From assembly GCA_963715985.1 (NCBI GenBank), contig CAVQSP010000011.1, forward strand, positions 96,001 through 160,000: DNA of 64,000 bases. The letters run 5' to 3'. The notes under the pieces are model-generated. The model was not told the origin of the DNA, made no database searches, and saw only the letters and a list, made by a program, of their open reading frames with translations. Source of the DNA: an uncultured Thermoleophilia bacterium (GTDB lineage Bacteria; Actinomycetota; Thermoleophilia; UBA2241). Of this stretch, positions 21,525-31,959 are shown one piece after another. Numbering within the stretch: the stretch's first letter is position 1; each line of letters begins with the position of its first letter. Position numbers and translations under genes: made by a program.

Positions 21525-22619
21525 GTGGATTTCTTCGACGACGACGCGACCAGCGTGTCATCGAAGCGTGACTCCGACGCACCCCAGCCCGCTCCTCCCC
21601 GCCGCCGCACCGACCGCCGGCGCACGCGCATCCAGCGCATCGTCATCCTCGCCGCGATCCTCTTCGTCATCGTCTTCGGGATGGCATGGTGGGCGCGGAC
21701 CTGCCAGCACAACCGCAAGGTCGCTTCATACCGCGACTACTTCGAGAGCGTGACCACCGCCATCGCCGACTCCTCCACGCTGGGCAAGCAGCTCAACCAG
21801 CTCGTCAACAACCCCACGAAGTACTCGCGCAAGGAGCTGGTCGCCAAGCTGCAGGAGCTGAGCGCCAAGCAGGACGAGATCGCCGTGCGCGCGGACAGGC
21901 TCGAGGCCCCGGACACGCTGGCCGCCGAGCAGAGCGCCTTCGCCGAGGGCATGCGGGTGCGCGCCGACGGCTACAAGCAGCTCGAGACGGCCATGCTGGG
22001 CCTGCTCGCCAACAAGAAGGTCAGCGCCGGCGAGATCGCCGCGCTGGCCGGCTACTTCAGCGGCCCGGACGCGTACTACATGAGCCGCGTGTACCTGCCC
22101 GCCCGCAACGTGCTCAGCAAACAGGGCGTCTCCGACGTGGCCGTGCCCACCGCCACCTGGTACCTCAAGAGCCGGGTCTTCGACCTCGCGCGCCTGCAGG
22201 AGATGCTGGCCAGCGTGGGCAGCTCCACCAAGCTCTCGGGCATCCACGGGGTAGGGCTCGTGAGCGTCACCGCCCAGCCCGGCGACGTCGCCCTCATCAG
22301 CAACGGTACGACCACCGTCACAGCCACCGCCGGCCTCGGCTTCGACGTCGAGGTGCAGAACCAGGGTGACGTCAACGAGAACGACGTCACCGTCACGGCG
22401 CAGCTCAAGCTGCCCGGCGGCGACGTGCTCACGCAGACCGGCTCCATCGCCACCATGCCCGCGGGCAAGACGCAGAAGGTCACGATCACCGGCTGGGCCA
22501 TCCCGGCCCAGGCCCTGAGCAAGGTCAGCACGCTCAAGGTCACCGCCGGCCCTGTGGAAGGCGAGCGCGTCAAGACCAACAACACGGCCCAGTACAAGAT
22601 CCTCCTGCAGCTCCAGTAG
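21525..22619 (+). CDS. Membrane-anchored protein with C-terminal CARDB/Ig-like domain
   Basis: TM helix; FDVEVQNQGDVNE...VEGERVKTNN CARDB-like end. Confidence 0.75.
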   Translation: MDFFDDDATSVSSKRDSDAPQPAPPRRRTDRRRTRIQRIVILAAILFVIVFGMAWWARTCQHNRKVASYRDYFESVTTAIADSSTLGKQLNQLVNNPTKYSRKELVAKLQELSAKQDEIAVRADRLEAPDTLAAEQSAFAEGMRVRADGYKQLETAMLGLLANKKVSAGEIAALAGYFSGPDAYYMSRVYLPARNVLSKQGVSDVAVPTATWYLKSRVFDLARLQEMLASVGSSTKLSGIHGVGLVSVTAQPGDVALISNGTTTVTATAGLGFDVEVQNQGDVNENDVTVTAQLKLPGGDVLTQTGSIATMPAGKTQKVTITGWAIPAQALSKVSTLKVTAGPVEGERVKTNNTAQYKILLQLQ

Positions 22620-22623
22620 CGGC

Positions 22624-23493
22624 GTGCAGGTGCTGCGCGACATCGCCCCGTACGTGGCCATGGCTGCGGCCGCGCTCTCCCTGGCCTTGCTCATCGTCGT
22701 CATCGTGATGTGGGTGCGTCTGCGCCGCGTGCGCCGCGCCCAGGTCGTGGTCATGGGCCGCCACGAGCAGCGCGACATCGTGGAAGAGGTCGGGAGTCTG
22801 GACTCGCAGGTGCGCAATCTGCGCGAGGCGGTGGAGATCCTCACCGACCAGCTCGACGAGCACAAGGCGCACCTGGACCGCGCCCTCACCCGCCGCGCCA
22901 TCGTGCGGTACGACGCCTTCCGCGACTCCGGCGGCGAGCAGAGCGCGTCGTTCGCACTTCTGGACGACTACCGCTCGGGCGTCGTCTTCAGCGCCATCGC
23001 GGCGCGTGACTTCGCACGCATCTACGTCAAGCACCTCGATCACGGCGTCGCCGACCGCGAGCTCTCGCCCGAGGAGCGGCAGGTGGTGGCGGCCGCGGTG
23101 CCGCGGCCGCTCGGCCCCGGCGAGGACGGCGCGCGCGCTGCGCGCGCGCCGAAGTCCGCCGGCGTCCCGCGGCCGCCCGCCGCGGCCGCCGAGCCGGACG
23201 CGCTCGAGACCGCCTCCGCAGCGCCCGGCCCGGCGAGTGGCGCCGCGGCGCACGCGGCTGCTCCGGCCACCGGCTCCTCGCAAGGGCAGCCGGGCCCGGA
23301 CGGCGCCCGCCGCGCGTTCGAGTCCCTCGCCGAGGTGGAGGCAGCGCCCGCCGACGGCGACGAGTTCACCTGGGAGAGCGGCGTGCCGCCGCGCTCGCCG
23401 GGGCGCGGCCCGGCGCCTGCCGACCCCGGCCCGGCGCCTGCCGGCCCCGGCCCCGGCGCCGACGGCGGGGACGCCGGCGGCCGCCAGGCCTGA
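22624..23493 (+). CDS. DUF4446-family protein with Pro/Ala-rich tail
   Basis: VRYDAF...GGEQSASFALLD..GVV...RIYVK...LSPEE. Confidence 0.85.
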   Translation: MQVLRDIAPYVAMAAAALSLALLIVVIVMWVRLRRVRRAQVVVMGRHEQRDIVEEVGSLDSQVRNLREAVEILTDQLDEHKAHLDRALTRRAIVRYDAFRDSGGEQSASFALLDDYRSGVVFSAIAARDFARIYVKHLDHGVADRELSPEERQVVAAAVPRPLGPGEDGARAARAPKSAGVPRPPAAAAEPDALETASAAPGPASGAAAHAAAPATGSSQGQPGPDGARRAFESLAEVEAAPADGDEFTWESGVPPRSPGRGPAPADPGPAPAGPGPGADGGDAGGRQA

Positions 23494-23582
23494 CGTCCTC
23501 CCCGCCGGCCGCACCGCACTCCGGCCGCGCGCACGTCTGATAGCCTTTGCGCGCAGTCGCAGCGACGCGTAAGGAGGTGAGC

Positions 23583-24425
23583 GTGACAGTGGAGACCGGT
23601 CGAGTGGCGTTCCTCGGGCCCGAGGGCACGTTCACCGAGGAGGCCCTCCTTGCCAACCCGCCCGTCACCCCGCTCGCGCCGTTCCCGTATCCCTCCATCG
23701 AGGACGTCATGGACGCGGTGTCGAGCGGCGAAGCCGAGCTCGGCGTGGTGCCCATCGAGAACTCGCTGGAGGGCTCCGTGACACGGACCCTGGACCGGCT
23801 CGCCTTCGGCGACGACGCCTTCGTCATCGTGCGCGAGATCACGCACCCCATCAGCCACCAGCTCATCGCGCGACGGGAGTTCCAGCTGGCCGAGATCACC
23901 AAGGTGGTGAGCATCCCCATCGCGTATGGGCAGTGCCGCACCTTCATCCAGCAGAACCTGGCCGGCGTGGAACACGAAGCCACGGATTCCACCGCCGAGG
24001 CGGTGCGGCGCGTGAGCCGTGTGGACCGCCCCTGGGCGGCCATCGGCACGCGCCTCTCGGCCGACCTGTACGAGTGCGTCGTCCTGAGCCCCGGCATCGA
24101 GGACTCGCACGACAACCGCACACGCTTCGTCTTCCTGTCGCGCGAGGCGGCGCCGCAGGACCTCGAGGGCCGCTACAAGACCAGCATCGTGTGCGGCATC
24201 GGTGCCGACCAGCCGGGCGCCCTGCTGCTCATCCTCAGTGAGTTCGCCCACCGCTACGTGAACCTCACCAAGATCGAGTCGCGGCCCTCTCGGCAGGGCC
24301 TGGGCGACTACATCTTCTTCATCGACGTGGAAGGCCGTCAGAGCGACCCGCCCATCGAGCAGGCCCTCAAGTGCCTGCGCTGCAAGCTGCCGTGGGTGAA
24401 GGTGCTCGGGTCCTTCCCGGCTTGA
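23583..24425 (+). CDS. pheA: Prephenate dehydratase
   Basis: AFLGPEGTFTE, VPIENSLEG, NRTRF, NLTKIESRP ACT domain. Confidence 0.95.
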   Translation: MTVETGRVAFLGPEGTFTEEALLANPPVTPLAPFPYPSIEDVMDAVSSGEAELGVVPIENSLEGSVTRTLDRLAFGDDAFVIVREITHPISHQLIARREFQLAEITKVVSIPIAYGQCRTFIQQNLAGVEHEATDSTAEAVRRVSRVDRPWAAIGTRLSADLYECVVLSPGIEDSHDNRTRFVFLSREAAPQDLEGRYKTSIVCGIGADQPGALLLILSEFAHRYVNLTKIESRPSRQGLGDYIFFIDVEGRQSDPPIEQALKCLRCKLPWVKVLGSFPA

Positions 24426-24444
24426 CGAAACGGAGGGCGGCGAC

Positions 24445-25581
24445 GTGACCGAGGAGACCGGAGCTTCCGTGCCCGTTCAGCCCGGCGCTCAACCCGCGCC
24501 TCCGGCCGATCCGGCGGCGCCGGCGCGCGGCTTCTTCGTGCGCCGCGTGCAGGCCGCCGGCCAGTTCGAGATCTTCTTCGTCTCCGCCATCGGCACGATC
24601 CTCATCGTGCGCGCGGCGCTGGCCATCACCGGCTGGCCCCAGCTGGGCGGCGGCAAGATCCACTTCGCCCACCTGCTCTGGGGCGGGCTCGGCATGCTCA
24701 TCGGCATCGTCCTGTTCATCGCCCTGCAGGGCCGCCTCTGGGGCCTCCTCGCCACACTGGCCGCCGGCATCGGCTTCGGGCTCTTCCTCGACGAGCTGGG
24801 CAAGTTCATCACCTCGGACAACGACTACTTCTTCCAGCCCACCGTGGCCATCATCTACCTGATCTTCGTGGGCCTGTTCTTCCTCTTCCACTGGCTCGGC
24901 AGCGTGCGCTACCTGTCGCAGCAGGCCGCCCTGGTGAACGCCTTCGACTACGCCAAGGAGGCCGTGCTGAGGAACATGGACGAGGGCGAGCGCGCCGAGG
25001 CCCTGTTCCTGCTCGGCAAGTCCGACCAGCGCGACCCCCTGGTGGCCTCTCTCACGCAGACGCTCCAGGCGATGACGGCGCTGGCCCCACCCATCGATAC
25101 GCGCCTGCAGAAGGTGAAGGGCCGGCTCACGCGCTTCTATACCCGGCTGCTGCACCGCCGCTGGTTCAAGGTCGTGGTCGTCGGCTGGTTCCTGCTCATC
25201 GCTCTGGTAGGACTCGCCGGCGTCATCGCCAGTCTCGCCACCGACCTGCAGCTCTCGTTCGCCGAGGCCGGACTGGCGGTCACGAGCCTGATCAGCGGCG
25301 TGCTCGTCGTGATCGGCGTGGTGCGCTTCCGGCAGTCGCACCTCAAGGCGTACCGCTGGTTCGAGCGCGCCGTCCTGGTCAACATCTTCCTGGGCGGCTT
25401 CTTCAGCTTCTACATCCAGCAATTGGGCGCGCTGTACGACCTGCTCTTCCTGCTGCTCACCTACGCCACCATCCGCTACATCATCGCGGAGGAGATCAAG
25501 AGGGAGGCCGGGGACCTGGCCGCCGAGCAGGCGCAGGCGCGCGAGGAGGGGCCCGAGGCGCCCGCGTCGTCCCCCGCCTGA
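24445..25581 (+). CDS. Integral membrane protein of unknown function
   Basis: Multiple TM helices; HFAHLLWGG, GFGLFLDELGKFITSDNDYF. Confidence 0.75.
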   Translation: MTEETGASVPVQPGAQPAPPADPAAPARGFFVRRVQAAGQFEIFFVSAIGTILIVRAALAITGWPQLGGGKIHFAHLLWGGLGMLIGIVLFIALQGRLWGLLATLAAGIGFGLFLDELGKFITSDNDYFFQPTVAIIYLIFVGLFFLFHWLGSVRYLSQQAALVNAFDYAKEAVLRNMDEGERAEALFLLGKSDQRDPLVASLTQTLQAMTALAPPIDTRLQKVKGRLTRFYTRLLHRRWFKVVVVGWFLLIALVGLAGVIASLATDLQLSFAEAGLAVTSLISGVLVVIGVVRFRQSHLKAYRWFERAVLVNIFLGGFFSFYIQQLGALYDLLFLLLTYATIRYIIAEEIKREAGDLAAEQAQAREEGPEAPASSPA

Positions 25582-25678
25582 GGGACGGCTCCGGGAGGTC
25601 GGGGCACACCCATCCGCTATATCATCGGACGGCAACTGGAGAGTCAGGGCGGAGATCCGGCCGCCCCGGGCGCAGGAG

Positions 25679-26149
25679 GTGAGGATGGACCGCCTCAAGT
25701 GTTCGCTGCGAGCGGTCACCGACGACGACCGCAGCATGATCGCCCTTCTGGCCGACGAGACCCTGCGCCCGCTCGCCGCCGGCGCCGGCCACCCCGAGCG
25801 CTACCACGCCGAGGAGCTCATCGACCTCCTCGATCGCGCCGAGGTGTACGTGGCGGAGGCCGAGGGCGAGGTGGCCGGGTTCGTGGCCGTGGAGGCGGAA
25901 GGCGATGCGTTGGCCGTACGCTGCGTGTGCGTGAACCCGGCCTTTGAGGCGCGCGGGGTGGCCAACCAGATGCTCGACTGGGCCGAGGGCGTGGGCATCG
26001 ACCGCGGCATGACACGGCTCACCGCCCACGTGCCCGTGGCCGATAACCCGTCACGGCACCTCTATCAGCGCCACGAGTTCTGCGCACTCGGCGGGCCGAG
26101 CGACGAGATGCTGCAACTGGAGAAGCGACTGCCGCACGTGGAGGACTGA
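25679..26149 (+). CDS. GNAT acetyltransferase
   Basis: VAGF, VNPAFEARGVA, N..SRHLYQRHEF. Confidence 0.8.
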   Translation: MRMDRLKCSLRAVTDDDRSMIALLADETLRPLAAGAGHPERYHAEELIDLLDRAEVYVAEAEGEVAGFVAVEAEGDALAVRCVCVNPAFEARGVANQMLDWAEGVGIDRGMTRLTAHVPVADNPSRHLYQRHEFCALGGPSDEMLQLEKRLPHVED

Positions 26150-26153
26150 GTCC

Positions 26154-27074
26154 GTGCTCCTCACGCTCATCGCGGTGCCCTACGACCTCGGTCGCGAGGG
26201 CGTGGGCAGCGGCCACGGGCCGGGCGCCTACATCGAGGGCGGCGCCGCCGAGGCGCTGCGCGACCGCGGTCACGCCGTGGAGGTGGTGACCGCCCAGCGG
26301 ACCGGCCCGTTCGTCGACGAGCTCCAGGCCGTCCTCGCCGTGGACGCGGCGGTGGCGGAGCTGGTCACCGATGCCCTCGCGCACGGCCGCCTGCCGCTGG
26401 TGCTGGCCGGCAACTGCAACGTCACGCTCGGCGTGCGCGCCGGTCTGTTGGCGGCCGGAGCGCACGGCCCGGACATCGCCACCGTGTGGCTGGACGCACA
26501 CGGCGACTTCAACACGCCGGAGACGTCCGCGAGCGGCTACCTCGACGGCATGCCGCTGGCGATGCTCACGGGGCGGGCCTTCCCCGAGACGTGGCAGCGA
26601 CTCGGCGGGTACGCCTGCGACGAGGCCTTCGTCGTTCACGCCGGCGGCCGCGACCTTGACCCGGCAGAGGCAGATGCCCTGTCGCTGTCGCGGATCGCCG
26701 TGGTGAGCGGCGCGGAGATCGGCTACCGCGGTCTCGGTGAGGCCCTGGCGCCGGCGCTGGACGACCTGGTCAAGAGGATGGGCGAAGGCGGTCATCACGC
26801 CGCCCGCCCCAAGGTGCACCTGCACGTGGACATCGACGTGCTGGACCCAACGCTCGCCCCTGCCGTGGGCTTCCCCTCGCCGGGCGGCCTCACGGTGGCC
26901 GAGCTGCTCGCCGCCGTGGAGATGACGGGCGGCCGCTTCGACCTGCGGGCGCTCTCGCTGACGTCGTTCGACCCCGAGGCCGGCGACCGCGCCAAGACCC
27001 TGCGCGCCGGCCTCTCAGTGCTCACGACGGCGGCGAGCGCGGCGGCCGTGTCGGCGGCGGACTCGCGGCGCTAG
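26154..27074 (+). CDS. Arginase/ureohydrolase family protein
   Basis: WLDAHGDFNTPETS, HVDIDVLDP, PGGL. Confidence 0.88.
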   Translation: MLLTLIAVPYDLGREGVGSGHGPGAYIEGGAAEALRDRGHAVEVVTAQRTGPFVDELQAVLAVDAAVAELVTDALAHGRLPLVLAGNCNVTLGVRAGLLAAGAHGPDIATVWLDAHGDFNTPETSASGYLDGMPLAMLTGRAFPETWQRLGGYACDEAFVVHAGGRDLDPAEADALSLSRIAVVSGAEIGYRGLGEALAPALDDLVKRMGEGGHHAARPKVHLHVDIDVLDPTLAPAVGFPSPGGLTVAELLAAVEMTGGRFDLRALSLTSFDPEAGDRAKTLRAGLSVLTTAASAAAVSAADSRR

Positions 27075-27157
27075 ACGGCGGCGCCCGCGGTCGTCAGGAC
27101 AGACCCGCAAGAAGGCGGGCGCTCAACGGGAGCGCCGGCGCCGGGCGGTCTCGTGCC

Positions 27158-28438
27158 TCAGTGGTAGATGTAGAGCTGCTCGCCCACCCAGGATTGGTCG
27201 TACATCCACTGCGCCACCCACATGGGCTCGCGCACGCAGCCGTGGCTGGCCGGGTACGGCGGCACCGGCGCGTACCCGTGCATGGCGAAGTCGGCGTAGA
27301 ACCCCATCGAGCGGAACAGCTGGCCGCCGAAGTTGGACGGCGCATACAGGCTCTTGACGAAGATGTGGAAGCTGCCCTCCGGCGTGTTGCCCGTCGCCCC
27401 GGTGGAGACGGCGATGATGCCGTACACGGCGCCGTTCTTCACGACCATGGCGATCTGCCGGCCCTTGTCCACCTCGAGATGCGTGGACGGGCTCGAGTAG
27501 CGGGGCCTGATGACCTTGGCCGTCTCGAGCCTGCGCCAGGCCTGCGGGCCGAACACGTAGTCCCGCGAGAGCCCGTAGGCCTTCTGGAAGGCCACCACGG
27601 CGTCGGCGCACTGGCTGTTGAAGGTGCTGCCGATGTACGGCACGCGGAACTTGAGCCGGTCCAGCTGGGTGAGCAGAGCACGGACGCGCGGCCCCGAGGA
27701 CCCGGTGGACACCTTGGCGTCGCTGACCTGCACGGTGGCTTTGGCGCTGCGGGCGCCGAAGCCGTCGGCGGAAGGCAGAGAGAGCTCGACCGGGAAGGCG
27801 CCGACGCCGCGCAGCGGCAGCTGCACCACGGCTCTGCCGTTGCGTGTGGCCGCCTTGATCGTGGTGACCGTGGCGCCTCGGTGGCTGACCACGGCCGTCA
27901 CGGTGCCGCTGTACTCGGCGGGGACCACCTTGACGATGAGCGAGACGTTGGCGAACGGCACGGGCGTACCGTAGGACACGCTCACCTTGGGCTTGACCAC
28001 GAGGCGCGTGGCCTCGCTGCGCGTACCGTCCGCGAGCTTGGCCACGAGCTCGCCGCTCTTGCGCGGCGTGACCTTGAGGCTGAAGGCGCCGGAGGCGTCG
28101 GTGAAGGCGGACCCGAGCCTGACGCCGCCGAGCGCGACGGCGACCTCCTGGCCGGCGACGGCCGGCCGCACAACGCCGGACACCGTGACCTCCTGCCCAT
28201 ACGTCAGCGTAGCGGCAGACGCCGCGGCGGTCACGGTCTGCGCCGGCGTGGGCGTGGGTGTTGGCGTGGGCGTAGGGGTCGGTGACGGCGTCGGCTCCTC
28301 GGTGGGCGGCGCGGTACTCGCGGGAGCGGGTGTGGCGCCGCCCCAGGCGGCGGCCGGCACGAGCAGCAGACCCAGCACGAGGACGGCGGCGAGCGCGGGA
28401 AGGCGAAGGCGCGCGTGCTTGGACGGGATGGATGACAT
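27158..28438 (-). CDS. Secreted L,D-transpeptidase with peptidoglycan-binding domain
   Basis: Signal peptide, PT repeats, AVVAFQKAYGL, TPEG, MHG...SHGCVR. Confidence 0.9.
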   Translation of the reverse strand: MSSIPSKHARLRLPALAAVLVLGLLLVPAAAWGGATPAPASTAPPTEEPTPSPTPTPTPTPTPTPAQTVTAAASAATLTYGQEVTVSGVVRPAVAGQEVAVALGGVRLGSAFTDASGAFSLKVTPRKSGELVAKLADGTRSEATRLVVKPKVSVSYGTPVPFANVSLIVKVVPAEYSGTVTAVVSHRGATVTTIKAATRNGRAVVQLPLRGVGAFPVELSLPSADGFGARSAKATVQVSDAKVSTGSSGPRVRALLTQLDRLKFRVPYIGSTFNSQCADAVVAFQKAYGLSRDYVFGPQAWRRLETAKVIRPRYSSPSTHLEVDKGRQIAMVVKNGAVYGIIAVSTGATGNTPEGSFHIFVKSLYAPSNFGGQLFRSMGFYADFAMHGYAPVPPYPASHGCVREPMWVAQWMYDQSWVGEQLYIYH

Positions 28439-28607
28439 GGATCGGGCTCCTGGTCTCGCGCGGGGCGCGGGTAGTGGCGTCCGAAGAGAGTAGCACGAGG
28501 CTGAGGCTACGGTCGAGCCGGAAGGGCCGGTGCGACGGCCGGCTCAGGCGACGGCCGGACCGGTGCGATACCATGGGACGCCATCACAACGACCGCGAGG
28601 AGTCACG

Positions 28608-29870
28608 ATGCTCGACGTGAAGATGGTGCGCTCGAACCCGGACGAGGTGCGTGCGGCGCTGCTGCGCAGGGGCGCCGCCTCCACCTCGTCGCTGGACGAG
28701 TTCCTCACGCTCGAGGAGGAGCGCCGCCGGCTCCTCACCGACGTCGAGAGCATGCGCGCGGCGCGCAAGCGCGCCAGCGACGCCATCGCCACGGTCAAGA
28801 AGGCCGGCGGCGACGCCGACGCAGCGATCGCCGAGATGCGCTCCCTGGGCGACACCATCAAGGAGCGCGAGGCGTCGCTGACCGAGGTCGAGGAGCAGCT
28901 CCGCACCATGCTCCTCGAGATCCCCAACATCCCGCTCGCGGACGTGCCCGACGGCGGCGAAGAGGACTCGGTCGTGCTGCGTCACGTCGGCGAGCCGCGG
29001 GTCTTTGACTTCGAGGTCAAGGACCATCTCGACCTGGGCCTCGCCCTCGATCTCATCGACATGGAACGCGCCGCCAAAGTCAGCGGCTCGCGCTTCGCCT
29101 ACCTCAAGGGCGACCTCGTCATGCTGCAGTTCGCCCTCGTGCGGTACGGCCTCGACATCATCCAGGCCAAGGGCTTCGTCCCCGTGATCCCTCCCGTGCT
29201 CGTACGCGAAGAGGCCATGTACGGCACCGGCTTCTTCCCCACCGACCGCGCCCAGGTGTACGAGACCGTGGACGGAGATTGCCTGGTGGGGACCAGCGAG
29301 GTCCCGCTGGCGGCGATGCACCTGGAGGAGTTCCTCGAGGCGGAGAAGCTGCCGCTGCGGTACGCCGGCTACTCGAGCTGCTTCCGCCGCGAGGCCGGCG
29401 CCGCCGGACGCGACACGCGCGGCATCCTGCGCGTGCACCAGTTCGACAAGGTGGAGATGTTCAGCTTCTGCCTTCCCGAGCAGAGCGCGGCCGAGCACCA
29501 GCTCATCCTCTCGGCCGAGGAGGAGATCCTGCGGGGTCTGGGCATCCCCTACCGCGTCGTGAACATCGCCGCCGGCGACCTCGGCGCCCCGGCGGCGCAG
29601 AAGTTCGACTGCGAGGCCTGGATGCCCGGCCAGGAGCAGTACCGCGAGGTCACGAGCTGCTCCAACTGCACCGACTACCAGGCACGGCGCCTCAACTGCC
29701 GCTACCGCACCGAGAAGGGGCCGCGCTTCGTGCACACCCTCAACGGCACCGGCATCGCCGTGGGGCGCACGCTGATCGCCATCATGGAGAACTATCAGCA
29801 GGCCGACGGCAGCATCGCGGTGCCCGAGGTGCTGCGACCCTATTTGGGCAAGGACGTGCTGGCGGGCTGA
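28608..29870 (+). CDS. serS: Seryl-tRNA synthetase
   Basis: GTSEVPL, FRREAG..GRDTRGILRVHQFDKVE, SCSNCTDYQARR, HTLNGT. Confidence 0.97.
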   Translation: MLDVKMVRSNPDEVRAALLRRGAASTSSLDEFLTLEEERRRLLTDVESMRAARKRASDAIATVKKAGGDADAAIAEMRSLGDTIKEREASLTEVEEQLRTMLLEIPNIPLADVPDGGEEDSVVLRHVGEPRVFDFEVKDHLDLGLALDLIDMERAAKVSGSRFAYLKGDLVMLQFALVRYGLDIIQAKGFVPVIPPVLVREEAMYGTGFFPTDRAQVYETVDGDCLVGTSEVPLAAMHLEEFLEAEKLPLRYAGYSSCFRREAGAAGRDTRGILRVHQFDKVEMFSFCLPEQSAAEHQLILSAEEEILRGLGIPYRVVNIAAGDLGAPAAQKFDCEAWMPGQEQYREVTSCSNCTDYQARRLNCRYRTEKGPRFVHTLNGTGIAVGRTLIAIMENYQQADGSIAVPEVLRPYLGKDVLAG

Positions 29871-29979
29871 GCGGCGACGCGGCGCGAGACTGCGCCCGCA
29901 ACGCTCCCATCAACGTCACCCGTCCTAGGCCTTGATGCTATGATGCGGTGCGTGTGATGCTTTGGTGCATGGAGGTCCG

Positions 29980-30273
29980 ACGCGCACGACGCTGACCATC
30001 GAGGACTCGCTGCTGGCCGAGCTCAAGCAGCTGGCCGCTCGCAGCCACCAGAGCCTCAGTGGCGTGATCCAGGACGCCCTGCGTGAGGCCCTGGCGGCAC
30101 GACGGGCGCGCGGCTCACGGGAGCCCGTCGACCTCCCCGTGTTCCGCGGAGGCAGGGGCCTGCAGCCTGGGGTCGATCTGGACAGCACGGCCGCGCTGCT
30201 CGACTTCATGGAGCAGGCGGACGCGGCCCTCGGTCGCGACCCGGAAGAGGACTCTCCCGCGGCTGTCTCGTGA
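29980..30273 (+). CDS. Ribbon-helix-helix antitoxin (VapB-like); expected start codon reads ACG
   Basis: (M)RTTLTIEDSLL...SLSGVIQDALR...LPVFRGG..GLQPGVDLD; GGAGG at 29971. Confidence 0.8.
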   Translation, partial: TRTTLTIEDSLLAELKQLAARSHQSLSGVIQDALREALAARRARGSREPVDLPVFRGGRGLQPGVDLDSTAALLDFMEQADAALGRDPEEDSPAAVS

Positions 30274-30697
30274 TCGTCCGGACGTCAACGTCCTTCTCTA
30301 CGCGTTCCGGGACGATCTGCCCGCCACGAGGACTACCGGACCTGGCTCGTCGAGAGGCTCGCCGGGGAGGAGGCCGTAGCGCTGCCGGGCCTGGTGCTGG
30401 CCGGCTTCATGCGCGTGGTCACGCATCCGAGGGTCTTCTCGCCCCCGACACCGACGGTCGAGGCGGCGGCGTTCATCGAGGCCCTGCGCGCGGCCCCCAG
30501 TTCGGTCACGCCCAGCCTCAGCGCCTCTCACATCGACACGTTCTTGCGCCTCTGCACTACGGGCCAACGCCAAGGGCAGCCTCGTCGCAGATGCCTACCT
30601 CGCGGCCGTCGCCGTCGAGCTGGATGCGGTGCTCATGACCAGCGACCGTGACTTCGCGCGGTTCCCGGGTCTGCGCTGGAGGCATCCGCTCGGCTGA
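30270..30697 (+). CDS. PIN-domain toxin (VapC-like), several frameshifts
   Basis: DVNVLLYA, FMRVVTHPRVF, ADAYLAAVAVE, TSDRDFARFPGLRWRHP across frames. Confidence 0.85.
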
Positions 30698-30947
30698 CCG
30701 GGCCGCGTCTATCAGACGCGGAATGGCATCGAGGGCGGCGATACGCGCGAGGTCGCGGACGTCGCGCCGGACAACGGCGTGCCGGTGGTCGCGATGCCAG
30801 CGCGTGCGTCTCCTCAAGAGCGGCTCACGGCTGATCGCAGGGTTTGCAGACGGCAGCGGGCAGTTCCCTCTGGACGGAGCAGACGCGACCCTGCGCTGCG
30901 GATGGAGGCGACTGCCCGCACCACAGTGAGGCGCCGAAGGGAGACGA

Positions 30948-31431
30948 TCAGTCGCGGGCGATAGCCTCGAGCGCGTCGGCGAAGTCGCTGAGCCGTTCCG
31001 CGACGGCCGCCCAGAGGGCCGGGAGGTCGGCCACAAGAGCACCGACACGCTGCGGATCGAGCCTTTGCGCGTACACGTTGCGGACCACGTGACGGAACCC
31101 GCGGTACGGCTCCAGCCGGGCGGCCAGCCCGGACTCGAGCACGGCCGGCCTCACACCCGGGATCTCCGTCGCCATCTGCTGAAGCAGCTCCTGATGCCAG
31201 TTCGCTCCGCCCGGCAGCGAGGCATCGACCCTCTCGGCGACGAGGACGAACGTCCGTTCCAGCCCGGCGTAGAAGCCGTGAAGGTTGAGCGCCGCGGCAT
31301 CCACGAGGTAATCGTCCGCCGCCCCCGTGGCCGTTGACCCAGGCACCCTGAGCTCGCGCGACCACCTCGCCGAGTACCGGTAACTCCTGACGGATGCGGG
31401 CCGCCGCGGCCCTGTAGTCGCCTGGGCTCAC
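30948..31431 (-). CDS. HEPN/HepT-like ribonuclease toxin, frameshift near 31340
   Basis: ALNLHGFYAGLE, WHQELLQQM, RPAV, RGFRHVVRNVY. Confidence 0.85.
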
Positions 31432-31802
31432 AGAGCCACGCCGCGCGCGGCGATCGCCTCGCCGAGGCTCCGCGGACACGTGTCGAGGTCGACGAGGTCG
31501 AACTCGAACTCCGCGGAGAGAGTCAGCAGGCGGCCGAGGGCGGCATAGAGGCCTGACCCCTCGATCCCGCGCGCTGCGAGATCGATGTCGGAGCGCATCC
31601 CGAACTGGTCGTCCTCCGCCAGCGAGCCGAAGAGCACGACATCGGTGGCGCCGAACTCGGCGCGCAGGAGCGCTGCCGCCTGGTACGCCATCTCGCGAGC
31701 GGCCTCAGCGCGAACGCGGCGGCGCTCCGCTTCTTCGGCGGCACGTCGCCGGCGAGTGGCGCGGTATCCTTCAAGCTGCTCGGGTGTCATCGTGAGCGTC
31801 AT
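31428..31802 (-). CDS. Minimal nucleotidyltransferase (MNT) antitoxin
   Basis: VVLFGSLA...SDIDLA...FDLVD; overlaps HEPN start. Confidence 0.88.
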   Translation of the reverse strand: MTLTMTPEQLEGYRATRRRRAAEEAERRRVRAEAAREMAYQAAALLRAEFGATDVVLFGSLAEDDQFGMRSDIDLAARGIEGSGLYAALGRLLTLSAEFEFDLVDLDTCPRSLGEAIAARGVAL

Positions 31803-31959
31803 CGCCGTGAGTATACCGCCGCTTGCCCTGGGTGGTCCGACGGACGCGCGTGGCCCTCGACAGTACACCCGCAGGGGATGCGCTCGTCATGCGATGCCAC
31901 CAGCTGTGTCGGGCGAGAGTGCCCACGGCGAGCGTTCGCCGCGGCGCCCCGCGCGTAGC

